From Candidatus Babeliales bacterium (GTDB lineage: Bacteria > Babelota > Babeliae > Babelales > JANWKD01), in NCBI GenBank assembly GCA_963762115.1, contig CAVXJH010000003.1, positions 224,001-288,000 of the forward strand: a stretch of 64,000 nucleotides of DNA, written 5' to 3'. Numbering within the stretch: position 1 is the stretch's first letter; each line of letters opens with the position of its first letter. The notes beneath the pieces are model-generated. The model had not been told where the DNA came from and made no database searches. It worked only from the letters and a program-made list of their open reading frames with translations. Positions 19,888 to 30,121 of the stretch are shown here, in pieces. The position numbers and the translations under genes were made by a program.

Positions 19888-20961
19888 TCACATTGTCAAT
19901 TTTATATGCTGAGTATCATAGGTCAGCAAAAAATCCTCAAAAAGGCCTTTTGCTGATGGAGAAGTGAAAAAGAGTTGGTTTTTGAGGCTTTGTAAAATGC
20001 CAAGCAGAATTTTACTTTTCAGAGGGTCAAAATCGGTCATAAAATCATCTAATAAAAAAATTGCTGAACCATTATGTTGAAGTATGGTTTGCATTTGAGC
20101 AATTTTTAAAAGCATAAGAATAAGTTTTTGCTGTCCTCGTGAAGCAAAAGAACGAGACATCTTATGACAAAATTCTATGGAGATATCATCCAAATGAGCA
20201 CCGAACAGTGACCGTCTATAACGTTGCTCAAGAAGAAATAAATCATGGCTACCATCCATAAACAAATCGAATGATGTCGCTTTCGTTTTTTTCTGTTGAT
20301 AATCAAAATGTATAGTTATTGATTCATTAAACCAATCTGCCAATAAAGTATTAGTACGATTTTGTAATTCTTGTAACAATTCAATTCTATATTTTTGGAT
20401 AATACATGATTGTTCCCACAATTGTTGTGTCCAAATAATGAACACATCTCGTGCAAAAGAACCTTTATCCAGCAATGCATTTCTGCTATCAAGAATATGG
20501 CGATATCGTTTGAGATGCATAATAAATTCAGGAAATTGCAAGGAAACTGCTTGGTCAATAAATAAACGTCTGATTTCAGGGCCGCCCTTAATCATAGAAA
20601 GATCATCTTCGGTAATGGTAATTATTCGATATAAATGTGCTAAATCTTTATATGAAGTAATTACTTTTTCATCAATTTTAACCAATCGCTTTTTACCTGA
20701 AAAACCAATTTGCAGGTTATAGTCTAACTGATCACCCTGCATTTGCATTTTAATAAAGAAATTATCAGCTTCAAAATGAATAAGTTCTCGAGGAAGATGC
20801 GTGCGAAATGAACGTAAATAACAACCATAATGAATTGCTTCTAATAATGATGATTTTCCAGAGCCATTTTCTCCGGAAATTAACACAAGCGGTTTTTCAA
20901 TGTTCAAGGAGACATCTTCAAAGCAGCGAAAATTTTTTATCTGAATATGATTTATGCGCAC
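19888..20961 (-). CDS. recF: DNA replication/repair protein RecF
   Basis: GENGSGKS, SFRT, GGPEIRRLFID, GAHLDD, ASRGQQK, LLDD. Confidence 0.95.
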   Translation of the reverse strand: MRINHIQIKNFRCFEDVSLNIEKPLVLISGENGSGKSSLLEAIHYGCYLRSFRTHLPRELIHFEADNFFIKMQMQGDQLDYNLQIGFSGKKRLVKIDEKVITSYKDLAHLYRIITITEDDLSMIKGGPEIRRLFIDQAVSLQFPEFIMHLKRYRHILDSRNALLDKGSFARDVFIIWTQQLWEQSCIIQKYRIELLQELQNRTNTLLADWFNESITIHFDYQQKKTKATSFDLFMDGSHDLFLLEQRYRRSLFGAHLDDISIEFCHKMSRSFASRGQQKLILMLLKIAQMQTILQHNGSAIFLLDDFMTDFDPLKSKILLGILQSLKNQLFFTSPSAKGLFEDFLLTYDTQHIKLTM

Positions 20962-20982
20962 AAAAATACCATCATAAAATAA

Positions 20983-22104
20983 TTAATTGTTGGTAGGAGA
21001 AACAGGCATCACCAAATATGTCATTGTATAAGTGTCCTGTACCGATTCAAAAATAATAGGTTTTGATGAGCTTTTTAAATAAAATTTAATTTGAACATCA
21101 GGAAAAGCTTGCAAACCATTTAATAAATAAGGTGCATAGAATCTAATATCAAGTTGCGAGCCAATAAAGCCATGCAATGGTAATGTTTCTTGTAATTTCC
21201 CTACTTCTTTGTTTTGCATAGCTACTTCTAAAAGCTCTTTATCAAAAGCAAATTTTGTTGCTAAAAACTGACCTGAAAGTAAACATGCTGAACGGCGCAA
21301 TGTTTTCACAAAATGTGTTCTATCAACAAGTGCCGGCATAAATTCATTTTTTTGCAGAATAGCTTGATAATGAGGAAATTGATCAACCAATAATTTGGTA
21401 AAGAAATTAAATGATTCACCAGAAAAAACTAGTTGATTACCGCAAATGCCAATAAAGATCATTTTGGTGGTATTATTTTCAAGAAGTTTTTTGATTTCGA
21501 AAATAGCGCGACGTGGCAACAACCATTTTTTTTCCACTTCCAAAGTAACCGTTGGTGTATGTACTTGAGCAAGACAATGGCCATCAGTTGTCGTCATGAT
21601 TAAGCCTTGTGATGAAATTTCTAATAATAAGCCATTAAGCGCAGGATTTGCATTATTTTGTGGAATTAAAAACGCAACCTTTTCAAGCATATCAACTAAA
21701 AACTGCGCATCAAGCTGCATAAGATTTTCAATCCGTTCAGGAAATGGTGGAAATGTTTCTGCATCTTTAATATTCAAAGAAAGTTGTACTTGATCAGATT
21801 GCAAAGAAAGTTGATTATCTTCAAAAGTGAAGGTTATTTGATCATATAATTCTTTCACTAAATCAAAAATACGTTTGCCTGAAACTAAAAAAGATTGTGG
21901 TTCAGCAATATCGCTGCTTTCAAGCATGCAATTCGATTGCAAACTAATTTCTAAATCAGTTGATTTCAAGATCAATTCACGATGTCCAATTTGAAATAAT
22001 ATTGATGCTGTTGTATCAAGCGTAGTACGTTTTGTGCATATTGGCTGCATAGAAGAAAGCATGCCGAGAATTGTTTTTTGATCAATAGTAAAAGTATGAG
22101 CCAT
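20983..22104 (-). CDS. dnaN: DNA polymerase III beta sliding clamp
   Basis: STDLEI, TTDGH, FP.Y, YLVMPV; upstream of recF. Confidence 0.93.
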   Translation of the reverse strand: MAHTFTIDQKTILGMLSSMQPICTKRTTLDTTASILFQIGHRELILKSTDLEISLQSNCMLESSDIAEPQSFLVSGKRIFDLVKELYDQITFTFEDNQLSLQSDQVQLSLNIKDAETFPPFPERIENLMQLDAQFLVDMLEKVAFLIPQNNANPALNGLLLEISSQGLIMTTTDGHCLAQVHTPTVTLEVEKKWLLPRRAIFEIKKLLENNTTKMIFIGICGNQLVFSGESFNFFTKLLVDQFPHYQAILQKNEFMPALVDRTHFVKTLRRSACLLSGQFLATKFAFDKELLEVAMQNKEVGKLQETLPLHGFIGSQLDIRFYAPYLLNGLQAFPDVQIKFYLKSSSKPIIFESVQDTYTMTYLVMPVSPTNN

Positions 22105-22209
22105 CGAAAATCCCTTGAATTTTTTTTATTCCTTATAAAGGAAATGAAGTATCTGCAGTATAAGTAATCAGTATACTAAACAAAAAGTTGCTGCGCAAAA
22201 TTATACTGA

Positions 22210-23214
22210 TTATATTTTAACATTAAAAGCACGAAGAATCCCCCAAGCATCACAAATCCCTATTCCTTTTTTATGTAATAACAAATATGAAGGGTTAATT
22301 ATTGGAGCAAATTTTTTCCAATATTGTTTTCTGCTATTCAAATGGAAGAGTCGTTTTGACATATTAAAAACATGTGGAGCTAAAAAAGTAGCTGCTTTTC
22401 CTAATCCTTCAATAGTTTTTAAATCGGAGGCAGGTAAAGTTCCAAATGAAAAATAAGGACATTTTTCTTGTCTTAACACCGAAAGAGTATGCAAAATAAT
22501 ATATTCAGAAGTATATTTTGGAGCATCTGAGGCATAAAAAAGTGCATTGATTGTCCAGCCATGAAAAAAATCCAAACGATTAAGAACAATAGCGCCTATG
22601 ATATGATCTTTCTCTTGCACATAAAAAAAACGTTTATTAGAGCGATGAGAAAAAATATCAACATTCATAAGTGATGTTTGCGGTCCTTTACGATCTTCTA
22701 ACCAATCATGACCCAACTTTTCCATAGAATGCTCAAGATGATTATTTTGACCACAATATTCATGGAAATGAAGATCAGTTTTTTTCAGAAGACCATATAT
22801 ATTACGCAATGCCGAAGCTTGCTTGCCACGCAATAATAAAGGGTCAACAAGTGGATCAACTATGATCTCATCGCCCATATTTAAAGCTGTTTTGATATAT
22901 CCTTGTGCGCAAGCCCATTGTTTAAAATTTTCTGAAGCAAACAAATAGATAATAGTTTTTTTCTGTTTAATAAAATGATTATGAAAAGTATCAACAAAGT
23001 GTGGTAAATCTTGTGAGCTGCATAAAGGATCACCAAAAACTAGAATGCAACCCGCTTCATCACGATAACCAATAATACCATCAACTTCTGATATATGAAA
23101 AATTTTACAAGCGGCATCCATTACCGCAATTGATGGCGCTCTGCCCCACTTTTCTATGTAAGGCGCTACTAAACGTTGCTCATTTTGTATACTAAAATAT
23201 TTTTCTTGTATCAT
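22210..23214 (-). CDS. Stand-alone MprF C-terminal-like (DUF2156) aminoacyl-transferase domain protein
   Basis: VFGDPLC, MGDEIIVD, APKYTSE, YFSFG, YWKKFAP. Confidence 0.7.
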   Translation of the reverse strand: MIQEKYFSIQNEQRLVAPYIEKWGRAPSIAVMDAACKIFHISEVDGIIGYRDEAGCILVFGDPLCSSQDLPHFVDTFHNHFIKQKKTIIYLFASENFKQWACAQGYIKTALNMGDEIIVDPLVDPLLLRGKQASALRNIYGLLKKTDLHFHEYCGQNNHLEHSMEKLGHDWLEDRKGPQTSLMNVDIFSHRSNKRFFYVQEKDHIIGAIVLNRLDFFHGWTINALFYASDAPKYTSEYIILHTLSVLRQEKCPYFSFGTLPASDLKTIEGLGKAATFLAPHVFNMSKRLFHLNSRKQYWKKFAPIINPSYLLLHKKGIGICDAWGILRAFNVKI

Positions 23215-23311
23215 GATTTATACCTTTACAAAATCTAACAGGTAATGATAAAGTAACCTTGATTGTAACAAAAAAAATTTAGAAAAAACTAGTAAAAAAA
23301 TAAGGAGCACT

Positions 23312-23887
23312 ATGAAATCACGTTTGTTTTTGTTGGCGTTACTGCCATTTTCTATTATTGCAATGGAAAAAAAAGAAAAAAACTTTGAAGCAATATATAA
23401 TACATTCAAAATGGATGCCATGAGACAACTATCAGCAGAAGAAAGAAATGCAATTAGCTTAGATGAATATAAAGCAAATAGAGAAGCAGGCGTTAAGGCA
23501 TTAGAAGTTTTTGCTCGGAATACAATAACTTTAGCATATAAAGATAAACCAATTAGCGAACAAAAATTTTTAAAAAAATCTAAAAAATATGCAGAGCAAG
23601 TCATTTATTTACGTGATGTTACTGTTGGACTTGCAAAAATTGATGTTGTTGATGAAATAACAGCCAAAGTTTATGCATTAAATTTATTGCCAACAGAAGA
23701 AAGAAAATATTTGCAATGTGAAGGCTATCGTTCCGATAAAGATAAAGCACTTCAAGCGATACAACATTATGCACAGCTAACTGGTGAAGAGCTTGAAAAA
23801 AAGAAATTATTAACAACTTCTAAAGAAGAATACGCACAAAAGTTTATTGAAGAAAAAGTAAAAGAACTTAATGCTTTATGGCTATAA
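23312..23887 (+). CDS. Secreted repeat protein, paralog 1
   Basis: IIA-ME; two internal copies of a 70-80 aa module (EER..L...Y). Confidence 0.7.
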   Translation: MKSRLFLLALLPFSIIAMEKKEKNFEAIYNTFKMDAMRQLSAEERNAISLDEYKANREAGVKALEVFARNTITLAYKDKPISEQKFLKKSKKYAEQVIYLRDVTVGLAKIDVVDEITAKVYALNLLPTEERKYLQCEGYRSDKDKALQAIQHYAQLTGEELEKKKLLTTSKEEYAQKFIEEKVKELNALWL

Positions 23888-23901
23888 AATAAGAGAAGCT
23901 T

Positions 23902-24531
23902 ATGAAATTAAAATTCTGTCTTTTGGCGTTACTGCCATTTTCTATTATTGCGATGAAAAAAAAACATGCAATTCGTTTGATAAATAGAGGTGCAATAGAT
24001 TGGCATCAATGGGATGTACATAATGAGGAAAATTTAGCATATAACTTATTATCAAGTGAAGAAATACAATGCTTATCAAAAGAAAATTACCGTTCTGATA
24101 CAAATAAAGCAATGCAGGTAATACAAAAGTGGGCAAAACTTGCTGGCAATAGACTTAAAAAAGAATCCTTGTTAGCAACTTCAAAAAAAGAATATAAACA
24201 AATGTTCTTCAAAAAGAAAGTAAATGAATTTAATTGTCTTTATGGTTCATCAGCTATCAATTGGTTAGAACAACCCATTGATGTTGTTGATGAAAAATCA
24301 GCTAAAATACATGCAATGAGTGTATTGGCATACGAAGAAAGAAAATTATTACTTCACGACGGCTATCGTTCCAATAGAGATAACGCTTTTCTAGCGATAC
24401 AACATTATGCACAGCTAACTGGTGAAGAGCTTGAAAAAAAGAAATTATTAACAACTTCTAAAGAAGAATATGCACAAAAATTTATTGAAGAAAAAGTAAA
24501 AGAGCTTGATTCTTTATGGCTTTCAAAATAA
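23902..24531 (+). CDS. Secreted repeat protein, paralog 2
   Basis: Near-identical signal peptide; 24393-24503 repeats 23755-23865 with 2 mismatches. Confidence 0.7.
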   Translation: MKLKFCLLALLPFSIIAMKKKHAIRLINRGAIDWHQWDVHNEENLAYNLLSSEEIQCLSKENYRSDTNKAMQVIQKWAKLAGNRLKKESLLATSKKEYKQMFFKKKVNEFNCLYGSSAINWLEQPIDVVDEKSAKIHAMSVLAYEERKLLLHDGYRSNRDNAFLAIQHYAQLTGEELEKKKLLTTSKEEYAQKFIEEKVKELDSLWLSK

Positions 24532-24592
24532 TTTTAGCCTATACTTATTCTTAACATTTTTCACATACCTTTATTTAATAAAGTTTAAAACT

Positions 24593-24640
24593 ATGAAATA
24601 TATCCTTTTTATTTTTGCACCACCTCATTTTCCCGCATAG
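24593..24640 (+). CDS. Pro-rich leader peptide (15 aa) upstream of putP
   Basis: MKYILFIFAPPHFPA*; 3 Pro in last 6 codons; no clear SD. Confidence 0.55.
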   Translation: MKYILFIFAPPHFPA

Positions 24641-24706
24641 GGTAGTATTTGTTGTATCAAAAACAGTTATTATGAGTAAGTTCAAAGATTAAAGAGGATT
24701 TTTTTT

Positions 24707-26149
24707 ATGTATATTCAATTTATCGTTTCATTTATTGTGTATCTTATCATTGTTTTAGCAATAGGCATTTTTGCAGCGCGTAGTCAAACACAAAAAAACA
24801 CCGAACAATCAAGCGATTTTTTATTAGGCGGACGATCAACACATTGGTTTTTAACGGCACTTTCTGCGCACGCGGCTGATATGAGCGATTGGTTATTCAT
24901 GGGTTTGCCAGCTGCCGTTTATGTGCAAGGTGGTTATGAAATTTGGATCCCCATCGGTCTTTTAGTTGGCATGTCTTGCGTGTGGCAGTTTATCGCTAAA
25001 CGATTACGTGTTGTCTCGGCACAGTATCATGGCGTTACTTTAGCTTCATATTTTAAAAATCGATTTGCTGACACTTCAGGAATACTCATTTCTGTGTGTG
25101 CATTAATTTCATTTTTCTTTTTTTCTATTTATCTTTCCGTTGGCTTAAAAGGCGTTGGCTATGTTTTGAAATCAGCTTTTCATCTTGATTATCATGTTGG
25201 CGCTTTTTTAGCAGTAATTGTTGTTATAACCTATACTGTTGTGGGCGGATTTGTTTCTGTTGCATGGATTGATCTATTTCAAGGTCTTTTTTTATTAGCA
25301 ATGCTTATGCTCGTTCCTCTTGTTGGTTTTTTTAAGATTGGTGGTTTTGCAGCAATTATTAAAGCAGCACTTCTAAAGAACATCTCATTATCGCTTGTGC
25401 CAGATTTTTCATTGCGCGGCATTCTTTCTATTCTCCTTAATCCCTTTGCTTGGTGTTTGGGCTATTTTGGTATGCCTCATGTGCTCACAAAGTTTATGGG
25501 CACCGATGATCCAGAACAATTGCATAAAGCAAAATATGTTGGTGTTACTTGGCAATTATTAGCAACAACATCTGCTGTTGCTGTTGGCCTTGTTGGCATT
25601 GCCTTTTTCATGAATGGTGTTCCTGGAAAGCCTGAGTTTATATTTATTGAGATGACTAAAGCACTTTTTGATCCTTGGTTTGCCGGTATTGTTTTATGCG
25701 CTATTTTGGCGGCAACAATTTCCACCGTTGACTCGCAACTTTTAGTACTTGCGAGTATTATTGCACAAGATTTTTATAAAAATATTTTTTGTAAACAGGC
25801 AACAACAAAGCAAATGCTCTTTGTGTATCGTTGCGCATTAGTTGGCGCAGCATTTACCGGCTATGCAATTGCATGGAATGAAGAAAGCACGATTATGTCG
25901 TTGGTAAAATATGCCTGGTCAGGATTGGGATCATCATTTGGACCGTTAATGATCCTTTCTCTCTATTCAACCACGGTGAACAAATATGGTGCAATTACCG
26001 GTATTCTTGCTGGCGCTTTTGTTTCTGCAACATGGGATATAATAAATCCCTCTATTACAATCATGCCAATCTATTCAATCGTACCTGGATTTGTTGTTGG
26101 CTTAATAACTATTTATGGCGTTTCATTGATAACTAAAAAGCTAAAATAA
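24707..26149 (+). CDS. putP: Sodium/proline symporter
   Basis: DFLLGGR, ALSAHAADMSDWLFMGLP, LGYFGMPH, ISTVDSQLL, AWSGLGSSFGP. Confidence 0.93.
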   Translation: MYIQFIVSFIVYLIIVLAIGIFAARSQTQKNTEQSSDFLLGGRSTHWFLTALSAHAADMSDWLFMGLPAAVYVQGGYEIWIPIGLLVGMSCVWQFIAKRLRVVSAQYHGVTLASYFKNRFADTSGILISVCALISFFFFSIYLSVGLKGVGYVLKSAFHLDYHVGAFLAVIVVITYTVVGGFVSVAWIDLFQGLFLLAMLMLVPLVGFFKIGGFAAIIKAALLKNISLSLVPDFSLRGILSILLNPFAWCLGYFGMPHVLTKFMGTDDPEQLHKAKYVGVTWQLLATTSAVAVGLVGIAFFMNGVPGKPEFIFIEMTKALFDPWFAGIVLCAILAATISTVDSQLLVLASIIAQDFYKNIFCKQATTKQMLFVYRCALVGAAFTGYAIAWNEESTIMSLVKYAWSGLGSSFGPLMILSLYSTTVNKYGAITGILAGAFVSATWDIINPSITIMPIYSIVPGFVVGLITIYGVSLITKKLK

Positions 26150-26161
26150 GAGAAACATTCT

Positions 26162-26686
26162 TTATTCAAATCCCTTAAGAATTTGCATGGCATGATTAGC
26201 AACATCCACCTTATCAATGCGAGCAATAATAATTCCATGTTCATCGATCAGAAAGGTCTTTCGTGATGGCATCGGAAGACACCAACCGCCAAGACATTTA
26301 ACGGCACCATAAGCTTTGGCGCAATTTTTATTGGTATCGTGCAACAATGGGAAAGGGAGCTGATGATGTGATTTAAATTTTTTGTGTGATGTTGCATTAT
26401 CAAAATTAATCCCAAATACAACAATTCCCTTTTTTTGTAATAATGAAAAATTATCACGTAGTTGGCAGACTTGTTTTGTACACCCCGGCGTTTCATCCCT
26501 GGGATAAAAACAAAGAACAACTTTTTTCCCTCTATAATCCTCTAGCTTATGCAAAACGCCACTTTCATCAAAAAGTTGCCAAGATGGAGCCTTATCTCCT
26601 TTATTAAGTAGCTTTTTTCCCAGACTAATAGAAGGGATTAGTATTATTAGAAAAAACATACAAAGTAAAAAAAATTTTTGAATCAT
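26162..26686 (-). CDS. bcp: Peroxiredoxin, BCP/PrxQ family
   Basis: FYPRDETPGCTKQVC. Confidence 0.9.
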   Translation of the reverse strand: MIQKFFLLCMFFLIILIPSISLGKKLLNKGDKAPSWQLFDESGVLHKLEDYRGKKVVLCFYPRDETPGCTKQVCQLRDNFSLLQKKGIVVFGINFDNATSHKKFKSHHQLPFPLLHDTNKNCAKAYGAVKCLGGWCLPMPSRKTFLIDEHGIIIARIDKVDVANHAMQILKGFE

Positions 26687-26790
26687 TAATTCACCATACT
26701 ATAATGTATAACTTTCTTATTGAGAATAATAAAAGGATAGTAAAAGGTGACACCATTGTAAACATACAATACAGTTCAAAACATACCTTT

Positions 26791-27687
26791 TTATGATCGT
26801 GGGTGTTTTTTATCGTATATTTTTCGTAAATAACTTACTTCAACATGTGTATAAATTTGTACCGTTGAAATATTTTCATGACCTAATAAAAGTTGTAATG
26901 AACGTAAATTAGCACCATTTTTAAGTAAATGAGTGGCCAATGAATGGCGCAAAGTATGCGGCGAAATAGTTCTATTTATTGTCGTTTTTTTGCATAATTC
27001 TTTTAATATTGCCCAAAATGCTTGGCGAGAAATTGGTTTAAGTATGCCTGAATACAAAGTCGGAAAGAGACAATCAGTTTTTCCGTGAACTTTCATAAAA
27101 TTTTTATGATTTGTTTCTAAATAATTACGAAGCATGCTCATCACTGATTGTGGCAAAGGAATAATTCTCCCCTTACCTCCTTTTCCCATAACTTCAAGGT
27201 GCCCAGTATCAAAATGAATACTTGAACAGGTCAACGTAGTTAGTTCGGTGATACGTAATCCTGAAACATACAAAAGATAGAGCATAACCTTATTGCGTTG
27301 TGCCATCTGAGAAGTATCTTTATCGGCTACCATAAAAAGTTCTTGTATTTCACTTTCTGACAAATAATTAGGTAATTTTTTTCCAAGTTTAGGAAATGTT
27401 AAATCAACCGTATAATTTTTCCAATCGAATGTATCATGAGCCCATGCAAAAAAACTTTTTAATGATGAAATTTTGCGCGACATACTTTGCGCTGATAGTC
27501 GTTCTTTTTTTAATTGAGCTAAAAATGATTTTAAGTGATCAAATGTTGTATCGGACAAAGCGCTATTTTGGTTGTTCAAAAAAACGACAAACTGTCGAAT
27601 ATCATTCATATAAGCGTGAAAAGTATTAATCGCTATGCGTCGTTCGGTTAATAGATACGCTTCAAATTTATTAAGTATTGATTCCAT
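26791..27687 (-). CDS. xerD: Tyrosine recombinase XerD
   Basis: SGLRITE, GKGGK, SRQAFW, HTLRHSLATHLL, LGH, TQIYTH-like TVQIYTH. Confidence 0.85.
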   Translation of the reverse strand: MESILNKFEAYLLTERRIAINTFHAYMNDIRQFVVFLNNQNSALSDTTFDHLKSFLAQLKKERLSAQSMSRKISSLKSFFAWAHDTFDWKNYTVDLTFPKLGKKLPNYLSESEIQELFMVADKDTSQMAQRNKVMLYLLYVSGLRITELTTLTCSSIHFDTGHLEVMGKGGKGRIIPLPQSVMSMLRNYLETNHKNFMKVHGKTDCLFPTLYSGILKPISRQAFWAILKELCKKTTINRTISPHTLRHSLATHLLKNGANLRSLQLLLGHENISTVQIYTHVEVSYLRKIYDKKHPRS

Positions 27688-27868
27688 AATTTAAAACTAC
27701 TTTTTTTTAAAAAAATAAAATTGCTATAAAGATCGTTGATATTCGATTGTACCAATACTATGTAAAAAGATCATCTGAAAGCAACTTTAAAAAATAGTAC
27801 TTGCAAAATAAGTATTTATGAAGTAAATAATTATCATTATAAAACATACCTCACTAAAAAAGGAACCC

Positions 27869-28357
27869 ATGAATAAAAATTACAAAATAGTACTTTTGAC
27901 TTCTTGCTTGTTGCTATCAATTTCATTACAAGCCATGAACAAAAAATCGGGGGGATTAAGTTTATCAACAAATGCGAGTGCAATAAGTGATGGCATTGGC
28001 AATATGCTATCAGATCCATCTACCCTGACTTCAAGTTTATGTACTATTGCTTGGCATAGCATCAACAACAATGCGAGATCAGGTTTTTTTGATAGCAACA
28101 CATTAAAGGATCCACATGTTATGTATTCGATTGCAGGTGGTATTATTGGCAAAACAATAAAATCAACGATAACTCATGAATCATTTAAAAAATTACCAAG
28201 TCCAATACAGGTAGTTATTGCAAATCCCTTTTTAAGTACCTATGTTGGTTTGCATTGTTATTTTAAATATAATGAAATAAAAAATAATCCTTTGCCCTAT
28301 CTTGGTGAAATAGGATTATTAGGCGTACATTTTCTCAGCAAGCAGTGGGGTTATTAG
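27869..28357 (+). CDS. Hypothetical secreted/membrane protein
   Basis: Signal ending LQA-MN. Confidence 0.65.
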   Translation: MNKNYKIVLLTSCLLLSISLQAMNKKSGGLSLSTNASAISDGIGNMLSDPSTLTSSLCTIAWHSINNNARSGFFDSNTLKDPHVMYSIAGGIIGKTIKSTITHESFKKLPSPIQVVIANPFLSTYVGLHCYFKYNEIKNNPLPYLGEIGLLGVHFLSKQWGY

Positions 28358-28410
28358 TAAACAATAAATTATTAGTAAAAATATATATAGGGTTGTGCAT
28401 AACACGAAAA

Positions 28411-28498
28411 CGTCATTCTGAGGCACCTTGTGCCGTAGGAATCCAATATTTTTTAATTAAATCTGGATTACTATGTCGCTTCGCTCCTCATAATGACG
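28411..28498. repeat. RPE/REP-like palindromic element
   Basis: cgtcattctgagg...cctcataatgacg termini; inner aatcca/tggatt stem; CGCTTCGCTC-type arm. Confidence 0.6.
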
Positions 28499-28561
28499 CT
28501 GTTTGCTTTGTTATTATTTTATTTACATGTGCATAGCTTAAAGATGGTTGCTATAAAAAAC

Positions 28562-28600
28562 AAAAAAGCCCCCGATTATAAAAATAATCGAGGGCTTTTT
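28562..28600. terminator. Bidirectional intrinsic terminator downstream of proS
   Basis: aaaaagcccccgattat...ataatcgagggcttttt. Confidence 0.8.
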
Positions 28601-28616
28601 AATGTTTAAAAAATTA

Positions 28617-30038
28617 TTAATATGCTTTTGCAATAAGAATATCTGAGATTGAAGATTCATCGCAAAAAAAACAAGATGAGAAAGTAATTTCATCAAGTAA
28701 GCAACGAATAGTCGCCTTATATTTCTTTACTTGTTCTTCACATGAAGCCTTGCGGCACCACCCTGTTTGATAAAAGCCGCCATCTTTTTCTAACATTGGC
28801 CCAAATTCAGCAATTTTTTCACCAGTATGCCACTGCTTTTTTAATCGTTCTTCTGCTCGTTTATATAATTCATGATGCAATAAAGCAAGACGCCCTTGCA
28901 CCGCTTCAATTACTTTCTCAAAAGGAATGGTCTCTTTTGCTAATCCCAAACGATCGGCAATTACCACGGTGCCATTGGCAATATCACGAGGACCAATTTC
29001 AATACGAACAGGTACACCTTTTAATTCCCAATGAAAAAATTTCTCACCTGGTCGCATATGTTCATTATCGTCAATTTTAATGCGGCAAGAATTTTTTAAT
29101 TGTTGTGCAATTGTTTGAACAACAGAAAGCAATGCTTGTTTATCTTCATCAGTTTTAAAAATAGGAATAATCACGACTTGAATCGGTGCAATTTTTGGCG
29201 GCAACACAAGACCTTTTTGATCACCATGTACCATAACAACAGCACCTATTGAGCGAGTCGTAAACCCCCAACTAGTTAGATAAGGATGCTCAAGGCCACC
29301 TTCGCGTGTTTGATAGGTGATTCCAAAAGCTTTTGAAAAATTGCGTGAGATAATATGAGAAGTACACATTTGTAATGCTTTGCCATCTTGCATTAATGCT
29401 TCAATGGTATAGGTTGTATCAGCACCAGCAAATTTTTCACTTTCAGATTTTTGTCCTGGAATGGCTGGAATGGCTAAATAATTTTTAATTACATCTAAAT
29501 ATTCATGAAACATCATACGCGCTTCATCTTCTGATTCTTGCGCCGTTTCGTGAGCAGTATGGCCTTCTTGCCACAAAAATTCTGTTGTGCGTAAAAATGG
29601 TCGTGTGCGCATTTCCCATCGCACAACATTACCCCATTGATTAATTTTCATCGGTAAGTCGCGCCACGATTTTATCCATTGCGCAAACATATAATGAATA
29701 ATTGTTTCAGATGTTGGTCGAACCACTAATGGTTCTTCAAGTTCTTTACCGCCACCATGAGTAACAATAGCAAGTTCCGGTGCAAAACCTTCAACATGTT
29801 TTGCTTCTTTTTCTAAAAATGATTTAGGAATAAAAATGGGAAAATAAGCATTTTCATGTCCGGTATCTTTTATTTTTTTATCTAAAATATCTCGAATATT
29901 TTCCCATATAGCATAACCATAAGGGCGTATTACCATACAACCACGCACAGGAGATTGATCTGCTAATTGCGCTTCATACACAACATCTTGGTACCATTCA
30001 GGAAACTGTTTTTGAATATCGGAAAGTTTTTTACTCAT
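28617..30038 (-). CDS. proS: Proline--tRNA ligase (archaeal/eukaryote-like type, no editing insertion)
   Basis: HVEGFAPE, RPTSET, VRWE.RTRPFLRTTEFLWQEGHT, C-terminal AKAY. Confidence 0.97.
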   Translation of the reverse strand: MSKKLSDIQKQFPEWYQDVVYEAQLADQSPVRGCMVIRPYGYAIWENIRDILDKKIKDTGHENAYFPIFIPKSFLEKEAKHVEGFAPELAIVTHGGGKELEEPLVVRPTSETIIHYMFAQWIKSWRDLPMKINQWGNVVRWEMRTRPFLRTTEFLWQEGHTAHETAQESEDEARMMFHEYLDVIKNYLAIPAIPGQKSESEKFAGADTTYTIEALMQDGKALQMCTSHIISRNFSKAFGITYQTREGGLEHPYLTSWGFTTRSIGAVVMVHGDQKGLVLPPKIAPIQVVIIPIFKTDEDKQALLSVVQTIAQQLKNSCRIKIDDNEHMRPGEKFFHWELKGVPVRIEIGPRDIANGTVVIADRLGLAKETIPFEKVIEAVQGRLALLHHELYKRAEERLKKQWHTGEKIAEFGPMLEKDGGFYQTGWCRKASCEEQVKKYKATIRCLLDEITFSSCFFCDESSISDILIAKAY

Positions 30039-30121
30039 AGCACATATTATTTTAGCGTAGTATAAAAGATAACAACATGCTTAAAATACTGCATATTTGG
30101 AAGAAAGTAAAAAAACTTTAT

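Noticed and set aside
22105..22209. oriC upstream of dnaN
   Set aside because: No dnaA, no DnaA-box cluster, and the gap is only about 100 nt.
26791..27687. Prophage or island integrase
   Set aside because: Size and motifs match chromosomal XerD; no phage genes or att repeats nearby.
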